Positions 46,978 through 59,177 of a stretch of DNA of 64,000 nucleotides are shown here, one piece after another. How positions within the stretch are numbered: position 1 is the stretch's first letter; each line of letters begins with the position of its first letter. The notes under the pieces are model-generated. The model was not told the origin of the DNA and ran no database searches. It saw nothing but the letters and a program-made list of their open reading frames with translations. The stretch is from Lepidodermella squamata (Eukaryota > Animalia > Gastrotricha): the NCBI GenBank assembly GCA_047495785.1, contig JBLDXI010000011.1:496001-560000 (forward strand). The letters run 5' to 3'. The position numbers and the translations under genes were made by a program.

Positions 46978-48123
46978 TTATGCATTTCTAACGCATCGAG
47001 CGTAATTTAGGACCGTCCTCAAGTCACTCTGCGGCCCAACATACTGCGGGTACGTCTGCCCACTGGCGACATACTTCGGATCACTCCTCTGACACCCAGC
47101 GCCGTGGACATCAACCAAAGTCCCACTCGGCGCACCGTAGCCAAGGCCAAACGCGACATAGGCTGCATACTGAGGCTTAGCACCGTCTTTATGGGTTGAG
47201 CCAGACCAGAAATACGGGAAACCGCTCGAGCCATCTGGAGCTGTTATCGAACTAACGCTGAACAACGAATCAATCGCAGCAGTTCCCGTGGTTTGAGGCC
47301 CTTTCGAGTAATCAACGATACTCTGAAGTTCCTTAGCATTAGGAAGTCGCCAATCTGAGTAGGAAGTTAGCGTAAGACCCTCGCAATACGCTAGGGCGGA
47401 CTTCCAGTCCATCCCGTAGCCGCTATCAGCCTGCTGCCACATAAGACCAGTTGCTTTATCGGTGATTGTACCGTCGGAATTCGACGAAAAGTCATTCACG
47501 CCATACGCGGTGTTGCCTCGAACGAAGCGGAAGTATTTCGAGCTTGTTGTAGGGTAGCATTTGATGCGGCCATCGATGAAATTAACGCCGAACATACATT
47601 CTTGATTGCCGAAGACCAGCCCGGTGTATTTCGTCCCGCTAATCGTTTGAGCATCAATTTCCCTCTCGCCAATGGTTGTATCCCCCAGGGGTTGGTTGAA
47701 GTACGTTTCATCGATGAATTTCTTCGTCCCAGCTTTAGCGCTTGAAACATCGCCCGTCATTTGAATGAGCGAGTACAGCTCTTTGATGGTGGGAATTCGC
47801 CAATCTGTATAGCCAGCCGTGTCTGCGCTTGAAATCGCTGTTAACGCCTCGGCTATCGTCATTTTCGTCATATTTTGCTGCCACATAAGCCCGGTTATTT
47901 GATCCGTGATCGTTCCATCGCCGTTATTGACGTAGGATGGCCAATTCCCGGTGTAAGTCGCGTCCTGGCCGTACCAAGTTGCGCTCGATGAGGTCGGGGC
48001 GTTCTTCCCAGCCAAAACTGCCGTATCGTTGTAGTAGGTCGTTACTCCAGTATCTACGATAGGATAGGTCAGACTGGCAACTAGCGGCAAAGCCGCTAAA
48101 ATCAAGTAAATCGCCTGCAACAT
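46978..48123 (-). CDS. Secreted double-DUF1566 (Lcl C-terminal) protein of bacterial type, intronless, 381 aa
   Basis: Two repeats of N.DGTITD..TGLMWQQ ... DWR(I/L)P..KEL.S(L/I); N-terminal YPIVDTG and GQDA.Y; C-terminal DVHGAG.QRSDPK...GPQ.D...NY.RCVR. Confidence 0.88.
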   Translation of the reverse strand: MLQAIYLILAALPLVASLTYPIVDTGVTTYYNDTAVLAGKNAPTSSSATWYGQDATYTGNWPSYVNNGDGTITDQITGLMWQQNMTKMTIAEALTAISSADTAGYTDWRIPTIKELYSLIQMTGDVSSAKAGTKKFIDETYFNQPLGDTTIGEREIDAQTISGTKYTGLVFGNQECMFGVNFIDGRIKCYPTTSSKYFRFVRGNTAYGVNDFSSNSDGTITDKATGLMWQQADSGYGMDWKSALAYCEGLTLTSYSDWRLPNAKELQSIVDYSKGPQTTGTAAIDSLFSVSSITAPDGSSGFPYFWSGSTHKDGAKPQYAAYVAFGLGYGAPSGTLVDVHGAGCQRSDPKYVASGQTYPQYVGPQSDLRTVLNYARCVRNA

Positions 48124-48330
48124 TTTCGCGAGTGAAAAAGCGATTCGAATCTACCCGGTATTTAAAGCGATACCAATCGACAGCTGTTCACATATTTTTG
48201 TTTTTCTGTCGTTAGTTCTTCTTAAATTAGTTGTCAACATGTTTAATCAGTTTGTTTGATCTGCTGTTCGCACTTCAATTTTATACTGGCCCGGTGCTAC
48301 GTACTCGATAATTCGCACTTTATTCGTAAA

Positions 48331-51300
48331 TTATTTGGATTTGCCATAATTTTGAGCTATAAACGAAGCGATTTCTTTGAAAGGTTTGCCATTCATGTGC
48401 CGCTGCTCGGCTAAAAACTGCGACAACGTAAATGGGCTTTGTTTCGATGAATCCTCAGCCTCCACTCTCGCGCCACACTTTTGAACTAGGTACTTAACCA
48501 TATCCAAATGGCCGCCTTGAACTGCTTTATGTAGAGGCGTTTCGTCCAATCTGTTTCGCAGGTCACTCGTTACGAGTTTCGGACTCTTCTTGTGGATCAG
48601 CTTCAACGAATCCAAAGCTCCAGCCCCAGCTGCGACGTGGACTATTGAATCATCTTGTTCACCACCCCTCGAATCGATTTTTGCCTTGAGGTTAAGCAGC
48701 AACTCGATAATTTGAGGGTTATTCGATTTCGCAGCCAGATGGATCGGTCTCAAGTTCTTATGACCCGGCATTTCGATGTCAATCCGCTTTTTCGCTAACA
48801 TAGTCGCTATATCAGCATAACCATTCAAACAAGCTAGATGAAAAGCTGTATTGCCTTGTGAGTCTTTTGTAGTCACCGCAGCTCCAGAAGTTAGCAACAT
48901 ATCGACAACTCCATAGATTCCAGTCAGAACAGCAAAATGAATCGGAGCTCGTTCGAAATCTTCCTTGCCGCTTTTTGAATTGAGATCAGCCTTTGCTCGG
49001 ATTAAAAGCTTCATGGCCTCGATTTGCTGAGCCTTAGTCGCGGTATGAAGTGGGGTTCTACCATTTTTACCCCGGAGATCTCGGCAGCTTTTGTTGGACT
49101 GAAGCAAGATGTGGCAAAGCTCTATTTGCCCATTACGAGCTGCGATATGAATCGGCTTATCGCCATTCTAAAGAAACGCAACGCAACAATTCAAATTCAA
49201 AATTCGACTGTAAAAAGCCGCCTATAAAGCTTTTAAGAATGAAGATAAGATGAAGGCTTACCGCATCTGGAAGATCCAGCGAAGCTCCTTTCGATAGGAG
49301 CAATTTTGCTACCTCAGACTTCCCAAGTTGAACCGAAAGGGAGAACGGCGTCGTATACAGATCATCCCCTCCTGGTGACCTTTGGTCGATCTTCGCCTTC
49401 TGTTCCAGCAGCAACTCAACCATAACCTTCTGTTGCTCAAATTTGTTAGGATCTCCAAAGGCTACGATTTGGTGCAGCGGGGTCTTCCCGGCAAAACCCG
49501 GCGCTTCGATCTTCGCACCGTTCCTGATCAAAGCCATGCAAGTTTCACTATGCCCTGCTAAAACTGCGAGATGAAGCGGCATATCTCGATTAGCATCCAG
49601 AGCGTTCACATCAGCTCGCTTCTCGCAGAGGAGGTCGATGAGTTCCGGTTTCCCGGCTCCTGCTGCCAAGTGGAGGACTGACCTCGAAGCGTCCAAGATA
49701 CCGCTTTTTGCGAAAATGAAAGCCTTCTTTTCCAGCAATGTTTTCGTAACTAAGATTTGGCCATGAACTGCGGCTGTTAGGAGCGGAGTTCGTTCCATGA
49801 ATCCTTTCGATTCGAGCGGGAAACCCTTTTCCACCAAATATTTAGCTATCTCACTTTGGCCAGACTTTGCCGCAATGTGAAGTGGACCATCCGTGCCGAT
49901 TTTAGCGATTTTTGAAGCTCCCCTTTCGACTAGCAGTTTCACAGCCTCGAATGAGCCGTGGAGAATTGCAAGGCATAGCGGAGTGGCTTCATCGTCTAAC
50001 GGTCCACTTTTCGCATCGATTTGAGCTCGATGTTCCAGAAGGACACGGGCAACCTCATGTTTGTTCTTCCAAGCAGCTTGGTGAAGAGCTGTCCTCATGT
50101 TGAAACCGGGGGTGTCGATATCAAGTTTCCACGACGAGTATTTCGTAAGCAGGAAGCGCGCGATATCAGTATGACCTAAAATTCAGGAAAATTCATAAAA
50201 GATTCGATTTTTAGTCGGTATTACCTGCAATGGCTGCTACATGGAGTGGGGTGTTCTCATTCGAGTCCCGTTCGTTGAGTGGAGCACCATTTTCAATGAG
50301 AAATTCGACCATTTTCCGCTTGCCGTAGTAGCAAGCCAAGTGTAGACAAGTGCTTTCGTGATCCTCCTCGCCACTCCTCGCCTTCAAATTCGCACCGCCT
50401 TGAACCAAAATCTGAGCAGACTCAACTTGCCCCTCAACACAGCAAACATGTAAAGGTCGCCTTCCGTTGAAGCCCCGCATTTCTAGATCAATTTTCGGCT
50501 GTTTGAGATTAACAAAGTACTTCAAAATCTCCAAATTCGGCTGCTTAGCCACTAAATGAAGGGCAGTGTAACCCTCGCCATCTGTTGCATCAACCGGGAC
50601 TTTGAGATCTTGAACCATGGCTGTAACCACACTGAGGTGCCCAGCTAAAGCAGCAGCTATCAACGGGGTATTTCCGCAATCTCCGGTTGATCGAGCATCT
50701 TTTTGAGCCCCAGCTTTGATCAGATCTCGAACTGTATGCGCATTACCGGCTACAGCAGCGGTGTGGAGAGGAGTTCGACCTGCGAAGCCAACAGCCTCAA
50801 AATCACCCCCGTTAACTTGAGACAGGGCTAACGTCGTCTCGCTATTGCCGAATTTCGCAGCGGTATGGATGGGAAGATCCCCGTTATTATTCGGGGCTAG
50901 GAGAAGATCTTTATGAGTCCGACCCAAGTACCACGCAACTTCCGTTTTCCCATGCTGCGCCGCGTAGTGAAGGGCTGTAAACCGGTTTTCGGCCTCGGAA
51001 GCTCGAGCGAAGAGATCAGCATGCCATTGGGACAGCATTTTCACGAAATCAAGGTTTCCTAACATGAAACGTCCCGACTGTATATCAAGTCGTCTGTAAA
51101 GTTGATTTCTTACCTTTTATACAGGCGAGATGAAGCGCCGTCCGTTCAGTTTTACGCGTTCGATCATCCACGTCAGCGCCTTGCCTTAACAACAGCTCCC
51201 CAGCATCAGGATGGTTGAAATTCGCAGCCGTTTGCAGTGGCGTCTGGCCCTCCTCAGTGCTAGCTCTCGTGTTCACATCAGCCCCAATAGCTATCAATGT

Positions 51301-53333
51301 AGTTATTGATTTCACCTTGCCATACTGAGCAGCTACATGAAGGAGCTTCAATCCGTTCGAAGTTGTCATTTCATTAACGTCTTCGCCATTATCTCGGAAG
51401 AATTTGTCGATCTGCCGCGAGTTATCAGTCTCAGCCGCGTGCCAAATGTCCCCTTCACTCCTAAATTCGTCATTTAACGGCGGAGTTGGCGTTCGTTTCT
51501 TGAAAACTGGGGGAGGGGTGGTGCTTTTCCGCCTTAATGAAGGAGATGGGCTCTTACTGCGAGGTTTTGTTACTGTGGAAGAGGAAGAGGAAGAACCAGA
51601 TGTGGAGTAGGATCCAGATGATGATGATGCTGAATAACTGCCGCTAGAAGACGAGGAAATCGGAGGGCTAGGGGTTCTAGGTGTTTTTTTCCTCTTCGGT
51701 TTTGGCGACGGACTTTTCGACTTTTTCCTGACTTCCTTAGGCGACTCAGGAATAGGAGTTGGGGTCTTCTTCTTTTTCTTTGGCGACTTCTTCTCAGCAG
51801 AAGCAGGCACTGCATCTACGAGTGACGGGCTTTTCGATTTGAAACTCGGGTATGATTTTCGGGTTACCGTTGATGAAGTAGCGGAAGTTGAGTAAGAAGA
51901 TCCTGATGAATAGGACGATGAATGAGTCGCGGAGCTAGAACCACTTGAGTAAGAAGACGAAGTGGACCCGGTATAGGAAGACGATCCTGTGCTAGAGCCA
52001 GCTGTTGACGGTTTGTTTTGCTCGACAGGGGTCAGAGGTTGGATTCTTTTAACCTTCGAAATCGGAGGTTCAGCCAAGACTTGAGTCATAGTAGGTCTTC
52101 GCTCAGGTAACTTCTCCAACATCCAGCTTAGCAGTCGTTCGAGGTCTGGAAAGTAGTTTTTACTCAACGGAGGAGTTGGGGCCCTAAAAATATCATAGGA
52201 TGAGAAATTCTGAAAAATTCACATTAACTTACAGCATTACAGACTGAATGTCTCGAAACTGTAGAAAAATTACGAATAGCTTATTCAATGTTGCTAATTT
52301 TAGTAACTTACAGGCTTCTTTAGGTTAGCGAGCTCAAATCCGATAATTCCTAGCGACCAAACATCCGCCTTGTCGTTGAGATTGATTGGATGTTTCCGGA
52401 AATTTTCCGGGGCTGCATAGCAAATTGCTAGACCAGTTGGTTGCGGCGAGTCTTCAGTTTCGTAGACCCATCTCCCTATCCCGATATCCGCTAATTTCAC
52501 CCCATTCGGTATTACGAAGACGTTTTCAGGCCTTAAATGGCCGTGAATGATTGGCGGACTCAGTTTGTGGAAATGCTCGAGAACTTGGGCGATCTGGCTG
52601 AGCCATTTTACGATCTAACGAGTCCAGAAAGTTAAGATGAATTGATTATGAATGTATGAGTATTTACGTGTTCTTCAGGAAAGGGCTGACGAGCCTGGAT
52701 CATCTTTTCAATCGTAACACCCAAGTGATCACCCAGTTGATGCTCCATAATAATGTGCAAGAATGCAGTTTCTGAAAACACAAAAACCTTAGTGCGAGCA
52801 AAAAGCTAGTAGACCGAAGTGGTAAATTATTGGCTAAATTCCATGAAAGGAGAAATTATCAATATTTTAACATTGTAATTCTGCTGAAACCAAAAGTGAA
52901 GCTTTCTAATTTCTAAATAATTAGGAACTAATGGTAGGCTATTCTATTGGGGCTATTCTAGGCTATAACTATGTCTAAAGAGTAGGAAAATGTAGATTTA
53001 CTCCTTTGCTCAAAAATATGAGGCCCTGATAATCCAACAATTAGTATTCAAAGAGGAAAACTGCCTGAAAAATTGCCACTTACCCACAAAAAAGTCGTAG
53101 ATAGCCAGCAAATTAGGATGCTTCATTCTGACCAGTTTCTTCAGCTCCAATTGCGCCTTGTCCAAGTGCTCCTTGCTTTGCCCGAATCGACTCAGCGGTA
53201 TAAATTTGATGACCTTGTAATTGGGCAGAGCGCCCTTGGGCACTTTCTCCTGCCGGTCGGTGACGATGAGACATGGCGGGCCTAGAGAGCCGCTGGATTC
53301 CGGCAGCGGCTGTTTAACACGGTACCTATCCAT
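48331..53333 (-). CDS. NEK-like pseudokinase with a Ser/Lys/Pro-rich linker and roughly 25 or more ankyrin repeats (about 9 exons, including a 26-nt microexon near 52233-52258)
   Basis: Kinase motifs HPNL, IIHGHLRPENVF, VKLADIG, YAAPE, DVWSLG and ERRPT; many TPLH/TALH repeats; exons join in frame. Confidence 0.85.
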
Positions 53334-53772
53334 CAGTCATCTTATCGAATTGATTGTTTTACTACGAAAAGAAAATACTGAGAAGCACCTTAGAATAGCG
53401 AAACAAAAGAAGACTGGGGAAAATCGATGGTATATGAAATCGATAATAATACACCCTGGCATACCTAGCTGCGGTATTGATTGGCATAAACAAAAAACAA
53501 CCAAATGAGGTTGAGACATTAGCTCAAAAATTGAGAAACTTTATTGCTCTTTGACTATATTTTGCGATTTATCAATTTTGGTAACGTTTTACGAAATCTG
53601 GATTGCCGCGTTTCCACGCCCATTTTTGTTTGATGTTGTTAGCGTCGCAAGTGTTGAAAAACATCGAAGTATGATCCTCGGCGACTTCGAGACATTCGTG
53701 CCTCCGAACATTTTGAATCAAATCAGACTATAACAAGAATGAAAAATTATAGATGTTTTTGAAAAATCTCTT

Positions 53773-55430
53773 TTATACTGGAAGGTAGCTGAACCACATT
53801 CGATCGTCATCAATGTCGCATTGGAAAACGCCGAGCTCGTTACTAATAAGCGCCCAGCAGGCGTCTTCGAATCTAACTTGATTATTGCTTGCGTACCATT
53901 GCTGGGTCGCTATATATTTCAAAAATCAGCTATACTTGCAAACTGAGAATAGTTTCATACTTCTCCAAGGGCGGCATTGCCGCAGAAGTAATCGATTTTG
54001 GACAATGTCTATACATAGATTGTTCCACTGGCTCCGGACTTGCCCTGAAGCCTCTGCCTCAGCCCAGCGAAAACCCTCAGGAAAGACGTTTTGCATAAAC
54101 CAGCTGAAGGATGAGCAATTCATGCGATCCCTGATCGCGATTCGGTCGGAAACATCGACATCAGTGTCCAAAGGGATGGGCTGAAGTTCGTAGTAGAGAT
54201 ACTGAAACTCATCCATCCAAGCCTTAGCCAGACGGACGTTGTTTTGAAGGAAGAAGTATTTTAACGGCGTGTAAGCATTCGAGTAAGGAAATAGCGTTGG
54301 CAGCGTCCTCTCCGGGTACAAATGGCCAAATCTACTGCAGGGGATGATTTCCAACTTCCCGCCACACATCCAAACTTTCAAGCTGATTTCCATGTTTTCA
54401 GTACCCCATATTTCGTAACCAGGGTCGTAACGGCCTAAATCGTTGAAGTAATCGCGGCGAATCGCAAAATGGCCGCCGATGAATGTTGGCGTCTCAATCG
54501 GGTCCGTCGGCGATTTCCTGCGCTGCTTCCTCCATCTCGAAAGCTGAAAGCTGAAATCATACTTCAGATTCGTTAAAAATTAGTCAAAAATACCCTCCTA
54601 CTCCCAAACATGAAAGAATAAAAGCCGAATGCGAAATAATTGTCCTGATCTTCTTTAGGTTGGTACTCCATTGTCATAGAATGAATCGTGTCCATCACAG
54701 GAATAGCCATAGTTTTAGGATTTAGCCGTATCCTCTCCAACAACGGCTCTAGCCAGTAATCCGTCACCTCAATGTGGCTGTCGAAGAAGACCAAAACCTC
54801 TCCAGTCGCATTTTCGACCCCAAAGTTATGGGCCCGGCTAAGACCGAGCCGTTCCCCCGTTCTGAGAACTCGAACTTTGGGGAATGCCTTCAAATATCGG
54901 TCCAAAGGCTCTTTTAGGTAGTCGTAAGTTGAAGCATCGTCTACTAAAACAATTTCTTTGATTAGACTTGTTGGAGATCTGTCCAGGATCGAATGAACTG
55001 TCCTTAGTAGGACAGACCAAGCTTCATTATGGAAACAAATTACGACTGAGACATCCGGTAATTTTGCCACGTCGTAAGTCAAAGGGCGACAAGCAGGATC
55101 TCGATAATCTGGCAGTGACCGGTGTAGGGACATCAAATCAGCGGCGAATTTGTTGTAGAAGTACTGGAAGAAGGCTTCGGTCATTCGTTTCATGTGTATC
55201 CGGTCGAGGCCGTTCGTGTCTATTTCAACCGCCATGCCATTTTTGCCGAATTTATCCGGTATTGAGTCGACGTAATTTTCCGGTTCGATGAATTTGTATA
55301 ATTTATGGGAATTTCGGAGCGAAAATACTGTGACATAATTAAAAGGAAATTTTAAAATTGCTACGAGCCACAGGGAAGCTATGGCTAACACGGCTATACT
55401 GCCTAGTCGTCTCAACGACAGCAAACGCAT
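53773..55430 (-). CDS. GALNT: Polypeptide N-acetylgalactosaminyltransferase (GT27) with a ricin-type lectin domain
   Basis: Type II TM; SVVICFHNEAWSVLLRTVHS, FFDSH, ENMEISLKVWMCGG and PCSRFGH motifs; C-terminal LCID/C..W repeats. Confidence 0.93.
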
Positions 55431-55733
55431 TTATTAAATTTTACATAAATAGCAGTATAATATAATGTTTTTGCCACGCGCAACCGGCATACGGTTACTT
55501 TAAGTATTAAATCATAGTGGCATTATAGCCATGTGCATGCTTAAGTGCATGACACTACACGTAGAATAGCCGTAAAAGTGAGATTAATAGGATTCATGTT
55601 TCAAAGCCCAGTTCAACTTCCTTCCAGAAATAATTTAAAATTGAATCTCGAACATAGTTTATTCTGAATTTCGGCAGTGTTCTCTTATAGCCTAAATCGT
55701 GCTTTAAATCAGGAAAACTCAAAACTTCACGTG

Positions 55734-58700
55734 TTATTCCTTGCAAAGTGCATAAGTGCAGCCGGCAGTTGAAGCGCCTTTGCTCATCAAAAATTTGACG
55801 ATTTCCGGCTTGTTGCTGTAGGCTGCCATCATCAGGGCAGTATGGCCAGGGTAATTTGAGGTAGCGCTCAGTTTCGCCTCGATGGCCGCTCCGTTATCAA
55901 CCAAAAGCTTCACCGAGTCCAAATGGCCCCAGTACGCAGCCCAGGTTAGTGCTGTATGGCCATCTGTTGCCGTAGCATCGATATCAGCACCTCGGTCCAA
56001 AAGTAGTTGGACGATATCGCCGTGGCCGTAGTAGGAAGCCCACATGAGAGGAGTCATATTGTTGTTTTTCGGATCTCGGGTATCTACATCAACACCTGAA
56101 GAGAAAAAAATCGGCAGAATTATCCGAAATTGGACGCAAGGTCCCTTGGCTAGAAGGTCTCAGAGGTCCACTTTAGAATTTCACGTCGGTCTATTCGAAA
56201 AATTCGACCTTAACAACTCCTCAATCGATTGAGTACAGTTTTTATCATTATGGGATCAAAATCGGATCAAAACCTTTACCTAGATCGAGGTCTGCTTTGA
56301 CTTGTTCCAGTGATCCGTTGATGGTCGAAGCGATGAGGTGGCGGGTTAGTTCGCCAGCAGACTGTTTGTCGATTGCAAGAAGAAGTTCATGAAAAAGCAA
56401 ATTAATTAGGCCGAAATTTTGATTTTCACCAAAATGCGGCCTCACCACGGCTGAGCGCGAGTTCGCAGCTCGGCGCCCTGTTTGTTGTTGGTTGCTGCTG
56501 CTGGAATTCGCCAGCCTAACGCATATGCCAGCTTGGGACCACGAACCATCAGAGCGGCAAGTGATGGTCGGCGAGCCGAGGAGCGTGAATCCGCTGTTGC
56601 AGATCACGGCTCGCGTCGAACCAAATGTCAGAGAGCCGTTGCTCTCAACGCGGCCGTTATTGACAGCTGGCAAGTTTGCGCACGCTGAAATGAAACATGA
56701 GTGTCATCTCCAATATCAAAGACTTCTTTACGTCCTAAAATGCTTTGAAAGCCCTTTGGGATCAAATTAGGATCTTAAGTAGATCAAGCTCCAATTTTCG
56801 ATCTGTCTTGGATCAACCTCGGATCGACTCGAAAGTTTGATCCGAGATTGATCCATAAGTATCAGATTAGCTCTAACTTTGATCAAAGTGTGACATTCGA
56901 TCCCCACTTGATCCTAATCCGCTTTTGATCTTCCCTAGATCTATTTTATTACGGTTTCTAAAAGATACGCTTACTCTGGCGTTGGCAAGGCGATGGATCC
57001 GACCATTGGCCGTTGCTAAGGCACCGAATAGTGAGAGCAGCTCCAGTCGGCAACTGGAAGCCGTAGTTGCAAATGACAGCTCGCGTTGTTCCAACCTCAA
57101 ACGCAGCCAACTCGTCGCCATCCAGCTGCTCGACGTAGCCATTCTCAACTAGCAGCGGGGTAGGCCCGCAACGTATTGGCATGCAAGACCCAGGTGTACT
57201 CCACTGGCCACTCAGCTGGCAGGTAACTGATCCAGAACCGGATAACGCGAAACCAGCGTAGCACTTTACCGACCGATTTGAGCCGAAAGTTGAAAGGCCG
57301 CCTTCGATAGCTCCGTTTGAAATCGTAGGGGGCTGGCCGCAGACTATCGCCCAGCAAGCGCCTGGGGTTGTCCAGGTTCCGTTACTTTGGCACTGGATTT
57401 GGCTTGGAGATCCGGCTCCAATGCGGTACCCGGTAGCGCAGCGTAGTGATCGCGTATCTCCTGAACCTTCGAAAACCCCGTTTTGGACTGTTGGTACCTG
57501 CCCGCAGCCTGGTCGGGGTACGCAGCTACCGGGTGCTGGGCGCCAGGGTGACCGGTTCCAGGGTAGGCAGACGCTGTTTCGGTTGCCTCGCAGGGCGAAA
57601 CCATCGCGGCAGGCGATCGAGATTTCTTGGTTAGCGGCGATTTGCGCGTCTGGCTCCGATATTTCGCTTTCGGTTGCGTCATCCTCGATTAGTGAAATTC
57701 GGGAATTCGCTATCAGTGGCACCTAAGATTAAATAAACTCAGCAAAAATTGAAAAAACCATTCTATTTTTTTACTTGGCACCGAGTTGGAACCGGTGTCG
57801 TAGTAGTCGTTGTAGTAGTGGTTGTAGTCGAAGTCGTCGGAATTTCAATCAACCGGCACGTACCCGGCTGAGACCAGAGGCCGTAACCGACACACGTGAT
57901 TGCGTTGTAGCCCACCAGAGTGAAACCAGGGTTACACGAGACATACCGAAACCCACCCACGGCAGTCTCGGAATTATCAGAACCGTCGATCCGGCCGGAG
58001 GTCAGCCCAGGCGGGCTGTCACAAGGCCCGGGTGGCGAATCACCGGGGCGTGGCAGCATCAAGGGTGGGACAAAACTTCGAATCCAACTGAGTGATTTAC
58101 AAATTCGTACGAAAATCGATAAATTATCGAATCGATTTCTCCCTTCATCGCAGCTTGCGTCGTTATGATTGGATGATTTCAGCCCGAATAGGATGAATCG
58201 CCCGCTGGGTGGCTGGAAATCGTTGGCGTTGTGGTAGCACAACAGTGGGCTGCCTGTTTCGCCTCGGCATCGCGATGTATACGTCGATCGGGCGCAGAAT
58301 TTCGACTCGGAAAACGGACCGGCTGATATTTCGTCCGAGCAAGAGTTGAAATCTTCAATCGAAAATGCGATTTTCTTCAGAAAATTATTCGTTCGACCGT
58401 ATCCTGTTAATCAAATAAATTTCAAAAAAATCTGAAATTTTTAAAAATTAAAATTCTCAGAAAATGACATTTTATGATAAAATTTTAATAAATTTAGAAA
58501 AATTGAAATAAATTCCCAAAAACTTCACCTTTTGCGTCCCAGCTCGGCAAAACGCCTCGCGAGCATGAGTCCAAACGAGTCGAAGTCTCGTCGTAGTAGT
58601 GCGCCCGCTCGCACACCTGGTCACTGGGCAGCATAACCGCGCGAATCTGCTCGTTTTCGCGCAATCGCCGCGCCAGTTTGATCACAGCCAAGTTGTAGGC

Positions 58701-59177
58701 ACCCGTTGTTGAGCTGTAATTAGGGTGGATGTAAATGCGGGACGAAGTCACGTTTACTTCGCCCGGTTCGCAAACTTGCTCCGCATCATGTTTTCCAAAC
58801 AGTAGAAAAACACTGGAAAAAATAAAAAAATTACGAAAATTTACTAAAAAATTGGAATATTTAAAATTCAGAATTTGAAATTTTAATTTTCAACAATTTT
58901 GAATTTTTTAAAAACTGTACCTGGTCGCTGTTTCAGGCTGATTTGTCTTTTTGTTGAGTTTTCGAACGCAATTAGCTGTGGTTAACACGAAATCTTGATG
59001 AATCAGCGCACCGCTACACGGCCACAGGGTGTTCTCAGAGGTGAAATTAACGAAAAGCCGGGCAACAAATGGAAATTCATTCCTATCCGCCAGATCAGCT
59101 CGCATGAAATCATCAGCATCTTGGCCGCTGGTTAGAATAATAAAAAATTCCGAAATAATAACAACGAATTTAAACAT
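55734..59177 (-). CDS. Secreted mosaic protein: inactive trypsin-like domain, about six CCP/sushi modules with a Thr-rich linker, and C-terminal ankyrin repeats
   Basis: Signal peptide; EFPFVARL, CSGALIH..FVLTTANC, YNLAVIKL and CRGETGSPLLC; repeated C..P...NG...C..GF.L.G...TC...G.WS..G.C; in-frame splice into MTPLMWA/TALTWA/TALMMA repeats. Confidence 0.8.
56758..56942. repeat. Intronic GATC-dense repeat; GATCAA-type units followed by inverted TTGATC-type units
   Basis: More than a dozen GATC motifs in about 185 bp. Confidence 0.5.
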
